DNA of 32,000 bases from Bacillus subtilis subsp. subtilis str. 168 (GCF_000009045.1 NC_000964.3:1140001-1172000); one strand, 5' to 3'; counted from the first letter of the stretch, positions 1-10,427 are shown. Translations and numbers: made by a program. The notes: generated by a model from the sequence alone, not told the origin.

Positions 1-1
1 T

Positions 2-3000
2 ACAAACGCCTCAGCGGCAGAGATGAAGCACCGAATCGCAGAAGCCTTGGAAAAAGAGCTTGTACAGCGCCCCGGCTCGCTGCATATTAGACGCCAGCTG
101 TCTCTTTTAAACCGGGCCAGCATTTCGACGCTCCATTCCTTTTGCCTGCAAGTGCTGAAGAAATATTACTACTTGATCGATCTTGATCCGGGCTTTCGGA
201 TAGCTGATCAGACGGAAGGCGAGCTGATCGGGGATGAAGTGCTTGACGAGCTGTTTGAAGACGAATACGCAAAGGGCGAAAAGGCGTTTTTTGAGCTTGT
301 TGACCGCTATACGACAGACCGGCATGATCTGGATCTGCAATTTCTCGTTAAACAGGTGTACGAGTATTCCCGATCCCATCCCAACCCGGAGGCGTGGCTG
401 GAAAGCTTTGTTCATTTGTATGATGTATCAGAAAAGAGCGCCATCGAGGAGCTGCCGTTTTATCAATATGTCAAAGAAGATATTGCAATGGTGCTTAACG
501 GGGCGAAGGAAAAGCTCTTGCGCGCGCTTGAGCTGACGAAAGCGCCGGGCGGCCCGGCGCCGCGTGCTGACAATTTTCTTGATGATCTTGCTCAGATTGA
601 TGAACTGATTCAGCATCAGGACGATTTCAGTGAACTATATAAGCGGGTGCCCGCCGTCTCTTTTAAGCGTGCCAAAGCAGTAAAAGGGGATGAGTTCGAT
701 CCAGCGCTCCTTGATGAGGCGACAGATTTGAGGAACGGCGCAAAAAAACTGCTTGAAAAGCTCAAAACCGACTACTTCACGCGAAGTCCTGAACAGCACT
801 TGAAAAGCCTAGCCGAGATGAAGCCTGTCATTGAAACGCTCGTACAGCTTGTCATCAGCTATGGAAAACGATTCGAAGCTGCGAAACAGGAAAAATCAAT
901 CATCGATTTTTCGGATTTGGAGCATTACTGTTTAGCGATTTTGACAGCTGAGAATGACAAAGGTGAACGTGAGCCGAGCGAGGCTGCAAGGTTTTATCAG
1001 GAACAGTTTCATGAGGTGCTCGTTGACGAATATCAGGATACCAACCTCGTGCAGGAATCGATTCTGCAGCTCGTCACAAGCGGTCCGGAGGAGACTGGTA
1101 ACCTGTTTATGGTAGGAGATGTCAAACAGTCGATTTATCGATTCAGGCTTGCGGAGCCGCTTCTTTTCCTCTCTAAATACAAACGGTTTACAGAGAGCGG
1201 AGAAGGCACGGGGCGGAAAATCGATTTAAATAAAAATTTCCGAAGCCGGGCTGATATTTTAGACAGCACAAACTTTTTATTTAAACAGCTGATGGGCGGC
1301 AAAATCGGTGAGGTCGATTATGACGAGCAGGCTGAGCTGAAGCTTGGTGCAGCGTATCCGGACAATGACGAGACGGAAACAGAGCTGCTGCTGATCGACA
1401 ACGCAGAAGATACGGATGCAAGCGAGGAAGCAGAAGAGCTTGAAACGGTGCAGTTTGAGGCAAAAGCCATCGCTAAGGAAATTCGTAAGCTGATTTCATC
1501 GCCGTTTAAGGTGTATGACGGAAAAAAGAAAACACATCGCAATATTCAATACCGAGATATCGTGATTTTGCTCCGTTCGATGCCGTGGGCTCCGCAAATC
1601 ATGGAGGAGCTGAGAGCACAGGGCATACCGGTTTACGCCAATTTAACGTCAGGCTATTTTGAAGCGGTCGAAGTCGCCGTCGCGCTTTCTGTGCTGAAGG
1701 TGATTGATAATCCGTATCAGGATATACCGCTTGCCTCTGTGCTGCGCTCACCGATTGTCGGAGCAGATGAAAACGAGCTGTCTTTGATCCGGCTTGAAAA
1801 TAAAAAAGCGCCGTACTATGAGGCGATGAAAGACTACCTGGCTGCTGGTGACCGGAGCGATGAGCTTTATCAAAAGTTAAATACGTTTTACGGACATCTG
1901 CAAAAATGGCGCGCGTTTTCGAAAAACCACTCAGTATCTGAGCTGATTTGGGAAGTGTACCGCGACACCAAATATATGGATTATGTCGGCGGCATGCCGG
2001 GCGGAAAACAGCGCCAGGCCAATTTGCGTGTTCTTTATGACAGGGCGCGTCAATATGAATCAACGGCATTTCGCGGCTTGTTCCGTTTCCTGCGGTTTAT
2101 CGAACGCATGCAGGAGCGGGGCGATGATCTTGGTACGGCGAGAGCGCTCAGCGAGCAGGAGGATGTTGTCCGCTTAATGACGATCCACAGCAGCAAAGGG
2201 CTCGAATTTCCAGTCGTGTTTGTAGCAGGTCTCGGCCGGAATTTCAACATGATGGATTTGAACAAATCGTACCTGCTGGATAAGGAGCTCGGATTTGGCA
2301 CGAAGTATATTCATCCGCAATTACGCATCAGCTATCCGACACTTCCGCTCATTGCGATGAAGAAAAAAATGCGCAGGGAGCTGCTGTCAGAGGAATTGCG
2401 TGTGCTCTATGTTGCATTAACGAGAGCGAAGGAAAAGCTGTTTCTGATTGGCTCATGTAAGGATCATCAGAAACAGCTTGCAAAATGGCAGGCATCCGCG
2501 TCCCAAACTGATTGGCTTCTGCCGGAATTTGACCGCTATCAGGCGAGAACGTATCTAGATTTCATTGGGCCGGCTCTTGCCAGGCACAGAGACTTGGGGG
2601 ATTTGGCTGGTGTGCCAGCACACGCTGACATCTCAGGTCACCCGGCTCGTTTTGCCGTTCAAATGATCCATTCCTATGATTTGCTTGATGATGATCTGGA
2701 AGAAAGAATGGAAGAAAAAAGCGAGCGCCTAGAAGCGATCCGCCGAGGTGAACCAGTTCCCGGCTCGTTTGCGTTTGATGAAAAAGCCCGCGAGCAGCTG
2801 AGCTGGACCTACCCGCATCAAGAAGTGACGCAAATTCGGACAAAGCAATCAGTTTCTGAGATCAAGAGAAAAAGAGAGTACGAGGATGAATACAGCGGCA
2901 GGGCCCCTGTAAAACCGGCTGATGGAAGCATTCTGTACAGACGTCCCGCTTTTATGATGAAAAAAGGCCTGACAGCGGCAGAGAAAGGGACTGCCATGCA

Positions 3001-3505
3001 TACGGTTATGCAGCATATCCCGCTGTCACATGTGCCGTCGATAGAAGAAGCTGAGCAGACGGTTCACAGGCTTTATGAAAAAGAGCTTCTCACTGAAGAA
3101 CAAAAAGACGCTATTGATATAGAAGAAATCGTGCAATTTTTCCATACAGAAATCGGCGGACAGCTGATCGGTGCTAAGTGGAAGGACCGGGAAATACCAT
3201 TCAGCTTAGCGCTTCCGGCCAAGGAGATCTATCCTGATGCACACGAGGCAGATGAGCCGCTTTTAGTGCAGGGTATTATTGACTGTCTCTATGAAACTGA
3301 GGACGGATTATATCTATTGGATTATAAGTCGGACCGGATTGAGGGCAAATTCCAGCATGGATTTGAAGGAGCGGCCCCGATCTTGAAGAAACGATATGAA
3401 ACGCAAATTCAGCTGTACACGAAGGCAGTGGAGCAAATTGCAAAAACAAAGGTAAAGGGATGTGCGCTTTATTTCTTTGACGGAGGGCACATTCTGACAT
3501 TATAG
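2..3505 (+). CDS. addA: ATP-dependent helicase/nuclease subunit A (AddA), 5'-truncated at the window edge
   Basis: The frame is open from base 2, with no stop before the Met at 23, so the N-terminus lies upstream. UvrD/Rep helicase motifs are present ([38 protein letters not shown]). A C-terminal RecB-type nuclease motif is present ([17 protein letters not shown]). It is followed by sbcDC, as in B. subtilis. Confidence 0.96.
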
Positions 3506-3552
3506 CGAGATCCATAAGCTCCGGAATTTCAGGCGGAGCGGGTCTCGTTTTC
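3506..3552 (+). terminator. Candidate weak terminator or processing hairpin between addA and sbcD
   Basis: Nested stems: outer CGAGATCC (3506-3513) pairs with GGGTCTCG (3540-3547) with one G:U; inner GCTCCG (3518-3523) pairs with CGGAGC (3534-3539). TTTT follows at 3548-3551. Confidence 0.3.
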
Positions 3553-3576
3553 TATATAAAAGAGAGGTGAAAGCAT

Positions 3577-4752
3577 TTGCGGATTTTACATACGGCTGAC
3601 TGGCATCTTGGAAAAACGCTTGAAGGAAGAAGCAGGCTGAGTGAACAGGCCGATGTGCTGGATGAACTGAATACGATTGTAAAGGATGAGCAGATCGATG
3701 CCATTGTAATGGCGGGGGATGCATTTGACACCGTAAACCCGCCAGCTTTAGCCGAGCAGCTGTTTTATGAAAGCCTGTCTGCGCTTAGCGACAGAGGAAA
3801 GCGCCCGATCGTCGTCATTGCCGGAAATCACGATAATCCTGACCGTTTGTCCGCCGCTTCACCGCTGACACATGAAAACGGCATTCATTTAATCGGTTAT
3901 CCGACAACAGAGCCGATTCATATTGAAGTGCCTTCAGCAGGAGAGCTTTTGGCGGTTGGAGCGCTGGCGTACCCATCTGAAGCGCGGTTAAATGAAGTGC
4001 TATCCGATACGTTTGATGAAAAGCTGCTCCGTGATCACTATGATGTGAAAATCAGGCAGGCGTTTGAGCATATGACAAGCCGGTTCCGGACCGATGCAGT
4101 GAAGATTGCCGCCAGCCATATTTATGTGGCAGGCGGAAACCAAACCGATTCAGAGCGGCCGATTGAAGTCGGCGGTGCATACACGGTGGCTGCTGAAAGC
4201 CTGCCGGCAGATGCCGCTTACGTTGCGCTCGGCCATTTGCATCGCCCGCAAACGATCAAGCGGGCGCGGACGCTTGCGCGTTATTCAGGATCTCCGCTCG
4301 CCTACAGCTTTTCTGAAGCGGGCTACGCTAAATCAGTGACGATTGTGGACGCAAAGCCTGGGGAAGAGGCCACTTGGCAAGAGGTGTTATTATCAAGCGG
4401 CAAGCCACTTGTGAAGTGGAAAGCGGCAAATGGATTAAGTGAGGTGTACAGCTGGCTGGATGAAGGCAGAGATCAGAATGCTTGGATTGACTTGGAAATC
4501 CGTGTCGCGGACCAGCTGTCACTTGAAGAGATTCACAGGCTGCGGAAGGCGCACCCGGGCTTTATCCATATCAGGCCGGTTTTTGAAGAACAGAACAAAG
4601 ACCGGGAACGGATCGAGGTTAAACATGTCTCAATCGAGGACCGCTTTAAGAAATTTTATGAAAAACAAACTGGCGGTGCGGTGCCGGATGAAGAAATGGT
4701 GAAGCTGTTTTTAGAGCTTGCATCAGGCGTTGAAGAGGAGGATGCGAAATGA
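3577..4752 (+). CDS. sbcD: SbcD (Mre11-type) nuclease subunit
   Basis: TTG start 7 nt after the SD AGAGAGGTGA. Calcineurin-like phosphoesterase motifs: HTADWHLG, AGDAFD, IAGNHD, ALGHLH. A 4-nt ATGA overlap joins it to sbcC. Confidence 0.95.
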   Translation: MRILHTADWHLGKTLEGRSRLSEQADVLDELNTIVKDEQIDAIVMAGDAFDTVNPPALAEQLFYESLSALSDRGKRPIVVIAGNHDNPDRLSAASPLTHENGIHLIGYPTTEPIHIEVPSAGELLAVGALAYPSEARLNEVLSDTFDEKLLRDHYDVKIRQAFEHMTSRFRTDAVKIAASHIYVAGGNQTDSERPIEVGGAYTVAAESLPADAAYVALGHLHRPQTIKRARTLARYSGSPLAYSFSEAGYAKSVTIVDAKPGEEATWQEVLLSSGKPLVKWKAANGLSEVYSWLDEGRDQNAWIDLEIRVADQLSLEEIHRLRKAHPGFIHIRPVFEEQNKDRERIEVKHVSIEDRFKKFYEKQTGGAVPDEEMVKLFLELASGVEEEDAK

Positions 4753-7700
4753 AGCCGATCGCCTTAAGCATTAAGGGGCTCCACAGCTTTAGAGAGGAGC
4801 AGACGATAGATTTTGAAGGCCTTTCCGGTGCCGGTGTTTTCGGCATTTTCGGCCCGACAGGAAGCGGTAAATCCTCTATACTCGACGCAATGACGCTTGC
4901 TTTATACGGAAAGGTGGAACGGGCGGCGAATAATACGCACGGAATCTTAAATCACGCCGAAGATACGCTGTCTGTGTCCTTTACCTTTGCGCTTCAGACG
5001 AATCACCAAATCTCATACAAAGTCGAGCGTGTGTTTAAGAGAACGGATGAAATGAAGGTAAAAACGGCACTTTGCCGCTTCATCGAAATCAAGGACGAGC
5101 ATACGGTGCTGGCTGATAAAGCCAGCGAAGTGAATAAAAGAGTGGAGGAGCTCTTAGGGCTGACGATCGACGATTTTACGAGAGCGGTGGTGCTGCCCCA
5201 AGGGAAATTTGCTGAATTTCTGTCTTTAAAAGGGGCAGAGCGCAGGCATATGCTTCAGCGTTTATTTAATTTGGAGCAATATGGAGACAGGCTTGTGAAA
5301 AAGCTGAGACGGCAGGCGCAGGAAGCCAATGCGAGAAAAAATGAAATGCTTGCTGAACAGTCCGGTCTCGGTGAGGCGAGCTCAGAGGCAGTGGAGCAGG
5401 CTGAAAAGGTTCTCGAACAAGCTGAAGCCCGGCTGGAAGCGATGAGGAAGAACCGTGATCAGGCGAAGGAGCGGTTTACAGAGCATCAGGAGATATGGAA
5501 TGTCCAAAAGGAAAAATCCACTTATGAAGAAGAGGAAAAACGTCTCGCAGAAGAACAGCCGCATATAGACAGCATGCAAAAACGCCTGCTGGAAGCAGAA
5601 ACAGCAGCAGCCCTTAAGCCCTATGCGGACCGGTACGCAGAAGCGATCCAGCATGAGGAGCAAGCTGAAAAGGAACAAACGCTAGCCCAAAAGGATTTAG
5701 CAGACCGGACAGCTTTCTTTCAGCAAAAACATGAAGAGTATGAAGCGTGGCGCCAGCATAAAAGCGAGAAAGAGCCTGAGCTTTTAGCCAAACAGGAACA
5801 GCTTTCACGCTTGCAGGAAATCGAAATCAAACTGAGTGAGGCCAAGCAAGAGGAAGAGCGCAAAAAGGCTGACCTCCGGCAGAAAGAAGAGGCTCTTCAA
5901 TCTGTCATGAATGAATTAGAGACCGTAACAGACCGCCTGACACGAGGGCAAAACAGACAGACAGAATTGAAGCAGCAGCTCAAATCCCTGCAGGTGACAT
6001 CCGATGAGCGAAAAAGCTGCCAGCAGGCCGCAGAGATGGCATTGCGCATCAGACAAACCGAGGAACAAATCAAAAAAGAGAAAAAACGAAGTGAAGAATT
6101 GAACCTCGTGCTGCAGAAGATGAATGAAGAGAAGAATACACTCGTTCAAAAGACGGAAGCGGAAGAAAACAACATCATTCAGGCATATGAGGCAGTTCAA
6201 ACTGTGTACCATTTGGTGTGCGAAACGGAACGCTCATTAACACGTATGACGGAAGAGGCTAGAAAGAGTCAACACACGCTTCACTTACAGCGTGAAAAAG
6301 CAAGGGTGGCACTGCTGACAAAAGAGTTAGCCCAAAAGCTGACTGCCGGAAAGCCTTGCCCGGTATGCGGTTCAACCGATCATGATCCATCTGCCTCGGT
6401 ACATGAAACGTATGAAGCCGACAGCCATCTTGAAGAGGACATCAAACGGACAGATGTGTTATTGACGGAAGCTGCAGCTCTCAGCCAGGAGATTCTTTCA
6501 GCCAAAATTATGCTTGAAGAACAGTCCGCGCGCTTTATTGAACAGTGTCCGTTTTTGCAGACAATTCAAGCACAGAACCTTGAAGCGGCAGCTTCCTTCG
6601 AACATCAGCCGGTGTATGAAGCATTTGAAACTGCCAAATTTGAATGGAAACGAATCAAGCAGGACATTCTTTCTGTTAAGACACGAATGGCACAAATGAT
6701 TGGCGCCTATCAGGAGTCTTTAAAAAAGGCCGAGCAGCTTAATGAAAAAATCGGTTTTGAAAAAAGAGAAGCCGACCGTATTGAAAGCATCATCAGTGAG
6801 CTTCAATCCTCAATGGACAGCAGTCTGAACATGTTTAAAGAAGCATTTCAGAATCAATCTGTGGACGAAGCAGAAAAATGGCAGCAAGCCATTGAAGAAA
6901 AGGACCGGGCTGCAGAAGAATGTGAAAAACGAATTGAGAAGAGTATCGCGTTTCTTGCTGAGCATGAAGCACAAAAGGAAAAACTGCGGGAATCGGGACA
7001 CCGGCTTGAGCGGGAAAAGCTGGAGCTTCATTATGCGGCTGAACGCATCAAGAGCGTGATAGCTGATTATGAGCACGAACTCGGAGATTATGCAAAAGGA
7101 GATTCGATTCAAATCAAACTCCGCTCTGTCCAGCAGGATCTAAAGCTGTTAAAGGAAAAAGAACAATCTTTATATGAAGAACTGCAAAGCGCCCAAATGA
7201 AGCTCAACCAAGCGAAAAGCCGCGCTTCTGCAAGCGAGCTCACTCTTCAAGAGGCGAAGGGCAGATTGGAAAAAGCAAAAGCTGCTTGGCTTGAGCATAC
7301 AAAAAACACCTCCATTACCCGGACTGAGGAGGTTGAACAAAGTCTCATCCCAGCTGATGAACTTGAAAAGATGAAAACCGGCATAGACCAGTTTATGGAT
7401 AAACTGAAGCAAAATGCTGCAAACTTAAAACGAGTAGCAGAGATACTTGCCGGCAGAGCATTATCAGAGAGCGAATGGAACGAAACCGTTGCAGCATTAC
7501 AAGAAGCTGAGGACGCATTTGGCGCTGCTATAGAGGAAAAAGGCGCGGCCGCAAAAGCACTGGCTGTCATTCGCGACCATCATAAACGGTTTAATGAAAT
7601 TGAAGCTGAACTGAAAAAATGGCAGATGCATATCGACAGGCTGGACAAGCTGCAAGCTGTGTTTAAAGGCAATACCTTCGTCGAATTTTTAGCTGAGGAG

Positions 7701-8141
7701 CAGCTTGAAAGCGTTGCGAGGGACGCCTCAGCAAGACTCAGTATGCTGACAAGACAGCGCTATGCCATCGAAGTAGATTCTGAGGGCGGCTTCGTGATGC
7801 GGGATGACGCGAATGGAGGCGTACGACGCCCGGTTTCCAGTTTGTCTGGAGGAGAGACCTTCCTCACCTCGCTTTCACTTGCTCTTGCGCTGTCTGCGCA
7901 GATTCAGCTTCGGGGGGAATACCCGCTGCAGTTCTTTTTCTTAGATGAAGGCTTCGGCACACTGGATCAAGATCTGCTTGATACGGTTGTAACGGCCTTG
8001 GAAAAACTTCAGTCAGACAACCTGGCTGTCGGTGTCATCAGCCATGTGCAGGAACTGCGTGCACGGCTTCCGAAAAAGCTGATCGTCCATCCGGCTGAAC
8101 CGAGCGGCCGCGGTACGCGGGTATCACTTGAGTTGATGTAA
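4749..8141 (+). CDS. sbcC: SbcC (Rad50/SMC-like) ATPase subunit
   Basis: Walker A GPTGSGKSS, a long E/K/Q-rich coiled coil, and a central zinc hook CPVC (nt 6357-6368). ABC signature LSGGETF, Walker B FFFLDEGFGTLD and H-loop ISHV are present. SD GAGGAGG lies 7 nt upstream. Confidence 0.95.
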   Translation: MKPIALSIKGLHSFREEQTIDFEGLSGAGVFGIFGPTGSGKSSILDAMTLALYGKVERAANNTHGILNHAEDTLSVSFTFALQTNHQISYKVERVFKRTDEMKVKTALCRFIEIKDEHTVLADKASEVNKRVEELLGLTIDDFTRAVVLPQGKFAEFLSLKGAERRHMLQRLFNLEQYGDRLVKKLRRQAQEANARKNEMLAEQSGLGEASSEAVEQAEKVLEQAEARLEAMRKNRDQAKERFTEHQEIWNVQKEKSTYEEEEKRLAEEQPHIDSMQKRLLEAETAAALKPYADRYAEAIQHEEQAEKEQTLAQKDLADRTAFFQQKHEEYEAWRQHKSEKEPELLAKQEQLSRLQEIEIKLSEAKQEEERKKADLRQKEEALQSVMNELETVTDRLTRGQNRQTELKQQLKSLQVTSDERKSCQQAAEMALRIRQTEEQIKKEKKRSEELNLVLQKMNEEKNTLVQKTEAEENNIIQAYEAVQTVYHLVCETERSLTRMTEEARKSQHTLHLQREKARVALLTKELAQKLTAGKPCPVCGSTDHDPSASVHETYEADSHLEEDIKRTDVLLTEAAALSQEILSAKIMLEEQSARFIEQCPFLQTIQAQNLEAAASFEHQPVYEAFETAKFEWKRIKQDILSVKTRMAQMIGAYQESLKKAEQLNEKIGFEKREADRIESIISELQSSMDSSLNMFKEAFQNQSVDEAEKWQQAIEEKDRAAEECEKRIEKSIAFLAEHEAQKEKLRESGHRLEREKLELHYAAERIKSVIADYEHELGDYAKGDSIQIKLRSVQQDLKLLKEKEQSLYEELQSAQMKLNQAKSRASASELTLQEAKGRLEKAKAAWLEHTKNTSITRTEEVEQSLIPADELEKMKTGIDQFMDKLKQNAANLKRVAEILAGRALSESEWNETVAALQEAEDAFGAAIEEKGAAAKALAVIRDHHKRFNEIEAELKKWQMHIDRLDKLQAVFKGNTFVEFLAEEQLESVARDASARLSMLTRQRYAIEVDSEGGFVMRDDANGGVRRPVSSLSGGETFLTSLSLALALSAQIQLRGEYPLQFFFLDEGFGTLDQDLLDTVVTALEKLQSDNLAVGVISHVQELRARLPKKLIVHPAEPSGRGTRVSLELM

Positions 8142-8154
8142 GGGAGGAGCGGAT

Positions 8155-8457
8155 ATGGCAAAGCAGATTGCCGGAATATGTGAGCTGTGCGGCCGGAGCG
8201 ATGTCCAGCTGACAGAGCATCATCTTACACCGAAAGAGGAAGGCGGAACGTTTTTGCCGACAGCGATGCTCTGTATTCCTTGTCATAAACAGATTCATGC
8301 CTTATATACCAATCAAGAGCTCGCTGTACGTTTAAATGGAATGGCTGAACTCAGAAGCGATCCAGAGCTTGCCCGGTTTGTCAAATGGATCAGAAAACAG
8401 CCGCCTGAGAAGCTGATCAAAACTAAGAAATCAAATGAACGAAAAAAGAAAAAATGA
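8155..8457 (+). CDS. yisB: Small HNH-type (beta-beta-alpha-Me) endonuclease-like protein, function unknown
   Basis: It starts 14 nt after the sbcC stop, with SD GGGAGGAG. Motifs are CELC ... EHHLTPKEEGG ... CIPCHKQIH, followed by a Lys-rich tail KTKKSNERKKKK. Confidence 0.85.
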   Translation: MAKQIAGICELCGRSDVQLTEHHLTPKEEGGTFLPTAMLCIPCHKQIHALYTNQELAVRLNGMAELRSDPELARFVKWIRKQPPEKLIKTKKSNERKKKK

Positions 8458-8460
8458 CTA

Positions 8461-8495
8461 AAAAGCAGCCCTCTCTTTGCAGAGCGGCTGCTTTT
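8461..8495. terminator. Bidirectional intrinsic terminator shared by yisB (+) and gerPF (-)
   Basis: AAAA-GCAGCCCTCT / loop / AGAGCGGCTGC-TTTT, with one bulge. The gerPF stop codon (8494-8496) sits in the T-tract. Confidence 0.75.
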
Positions 8496-8712
8496 ATCCG
8501 TTTCCAACCATATCCTGATCGTTGACATCGGGGTCTATATAATTTGTCGCGTTGACTGCATTATTTAATAGAAGGAAATCTCCCGTGTTTCCTGCTCCCG
8601 AACCGAGCGCAGATTTTGAAGAGCTTTTCGGAGAAAGGTAAAAGGAATCACCAAAGTTTACGACTCCGCCCGATATGGAATTGATAGCTATAGGCCCGAC
8701 AATTGCTGGCAT
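8494..8712 (-). CDS. gerPF: Spore germination protein GerPF
   Basis: The MPAIVGPIAINSISGGVVNFGD N-terminus is paralogous to GerPA. The ATG at 8712 has SD AAGGGTG about 7 nt upstream. The ORF-track start at 8721 is a GTG inside that SD. Confidence 0.9.
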   Translation of the reverse strand: MPAIVGPIAINSISGGVVNFGDSFYLSPKSSSKSALGSGAGNTGDFLLLNNAVNATNYIDPDVNDQDMVGNG

Positions 8713-8743
8713 AAACGACACCCTTTATCGAAGTCTCTGTTTA

Positions 8744-9145
8744 TTATATGTTCTTGGCGGGCGATTGTGAGCGCGGAGACTGAATCTGTCTGATATGTTT
8801 GAGTCTCGCATCACCGCGAATAAGCGAAGCTGATCCGGCATGTAAAACAGAAGAGGCTGAGACCCCTTGAATTTTGATGCTGCGAACATAAATAGCCGGC
8901 ACCTCGTGGCAAAACGCGCTTTGTACACCTGTTTCGGGGAGCGGCTTCACGGCCTGCTGCTGAAAGATCTGATACTCCTTTTTGTTAAATGAGCCTTCAT
9001 TATGGTAAAACGTGGACAGAGAACGCTGCACAGCAAATACTTTTACACTCATATCGATTTCATTTGTGTCGCCAACTTGAAACACACTTGCGATCCCGAG
9101 AGAATTAAACTTAACTAGTCTGATGCGCGATATGCGTTTAAGCAT
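8744..9145 (-). CDS. gerPE: Spore germination protein GerPE
   Basis: 133-aa ORF. Its ATG (9143-9145) overlaps the gerPD TAA by 1 nt (TAATG). Position in the gerP operon supports the call. Confidence 0.88.
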
Positions 9146-9321
9146 TATTCTGGCGCAAGCGGAGCAAACGGCCCAATAATAAGAGATTCAGGCGGTGTAT
9201 CAAAAATAGAAGACAGGTAGATGGATTCAGTGTCTCCGATGTGGAAAACGGAGGAACTGGACACACCGTTCATCCGAATATCCCCGACTTCCAAGCTGCG
9301 GTTGATGACTGTAAAGATCAT
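9145..9321 (-). CDS. gerPD: Spore germination protein GerPD (58 aa, below the ORF-track cutoff)
   Basis: Hand translation of the minus strand gives [58 protein letters not shown]. The ATG at 9319-9321 overlaps the gerPC TGA (ATGA). Confidence 0.88.
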
Positions 9322-9935
9322 GCTTGCTCATCTCCTTTCATTTCTGATGGAATATGCTCCAGAAAGTGTTCTACAGCGCGGATGACATCACGCTTCACAT
9401 GCTCAGCGATATGTTCTGCATATTGTGCAGGCGGTGTATTTTCTTCTTTTTTGATATGGGACATATAATAGTGAATCCTGCTGTCCATTTGTTTTCTGAT
9501 GTCTTCAATAACATGATGTCTGTTTGTATCGTCAAGTCTGCTGTCATATTGATTTTCAAGCTGTTCCAAAATATCTGGGATTTCCTCGGTTAAGTACATG
9601 TCGACATTCTGGCGGATCTGCTGCATGAGCTGAGCGCTCTCTTCCTGCTGCATCATCCCGATTTGCGGTGTCGACTGGCTGACGTCAAAGTTTTGGACGC
9701 TGTTCGGGTCAGTCGGATTTAAACCGATATTCAAAGTCCCGTCGAGCCTTTCGATTTTCAGCTGATCAAATTTATACTCCACACGCTCAATGGTAGTGGC
9801 CGGCCGCTGTTTCATCGTATTCATTTCAGTTTGAATCTCTTTCAGCTGACGTTCGAGCTGCTGAATGTGAATCGCCTGCTGCTGAACGAAGGAATTCAAG
9901 TTTTGCAGGTAAGAGGAAACAGATTGATCATACAT
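9318..9935 (-). CDS. gerPC: Spore germination protein GerPC
   Basis: The ORF-track start (9953) lies within AAAGAGGTG, which is the SD for the downstream ATG at 9935 (MYDQSVSSYLQ...). The protein is coiled-coil/Gln-rich and unlike the other five GerP proteins. Confidence 0.88.
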   Translation of the reverse strand: MYDQSVSSYLQNLNSFVQQQAIHIQQLERQLKEIQTEMNTMKQRPATTIERVEYKFDQLKIERLDGTLNIGLNPTDPNSVQNFDVSQSTPQIGMMQQEESAQLMQQIRQNVDMYLTEEIPDILEQLENQYDSRLDDTNRHHVIEDIRKQMDSRIHYYMSHIKKEENTPPAQYAEHIAEHVKRDVIRAVEHFLEHIPSEMKGDEQA

Positions 9936-9957
9936 GTTCTTCACCTCTTTCATATGA

Positions 9958-10191
9958 TTAACGGCCAGGAGGCTGGAGCGGGACCAATGAACCTGTGTCG
10001 GGCTCCTGCAGCTGGAGCGGTTGCCCTGAGCCAGAAACTTCTGGTGCCGGCTCTACATAGCTTCCTGTATTATACAAATTTGACAGTGACTTGATTGATC
10101 CGGCGCTCCCGATTTGCAGAATGGAGGAGTTGCTGATTGATTCCAGCCGGAGATAGTTGATTTGAATGGTTTGATTAATATAGAAGTTCAT
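9958..10191 (-). CDS. gerPB: Spore germination protein GerPB
   Basis: The ATG at 10191 (MNFYINQTIQ...) is preceded by SD AAGGAGTG at 7 nt. The ORF-track GTG at 10200 lies inside that SD. Confidence 0.88.
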   Translation of the reverse strand: MNFYINQTIQINYLRLESISNSSILQIGSAGSIKSLSNLYNTGSYVEPAPEVSGSGQPLQLQEPDTGSLVPLQPPGR

Positions 10192-10205
10192 GAGCCTCAC
10201 TCCTT

Positions 10206-10427
10206 TTACGCATTGGCCACGATCGGCTGATCAACCGCATCATTGTCATACACATTCGTCGCGTTTTGATAATTCATCACCTTGAGGCTGTCGCCGGTAT
10301 TAAAGCTGCCAGCACCGGCAAACGTTCTGACCTGAGCCTGAGGAGAAATCGTAATGCAGTCCCCGATGTGAACGACTCCGCTCGTACCAATCGCATTAAT
10401 TTTAAACGCTCCGACAATGGCCGGCAT
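10206..10427 (-). CDS. gerPA: Spore germination protein GerPA
   Basis: [23 protein letters not shown]..., a paralog of GerPF and the first cistron of the operon. SD AAAGGATG lies upstream. Confidence 0.92.

Noticed and set aside
4749-8141. Apparent repetitiveness and many antisense ORFs of 60-107 aa inside sbcC (e.g. 5382-5678, 5916-6212, 6810-7112, 7247-7570).
   Set aside because: The GAA/AAG/CAG-rich coiled-coil coding sequence produces long stop-free antisense frames and a repeat-like look. I found no exact tandem DNA repeat, so these are by-products of amino-acid composition.
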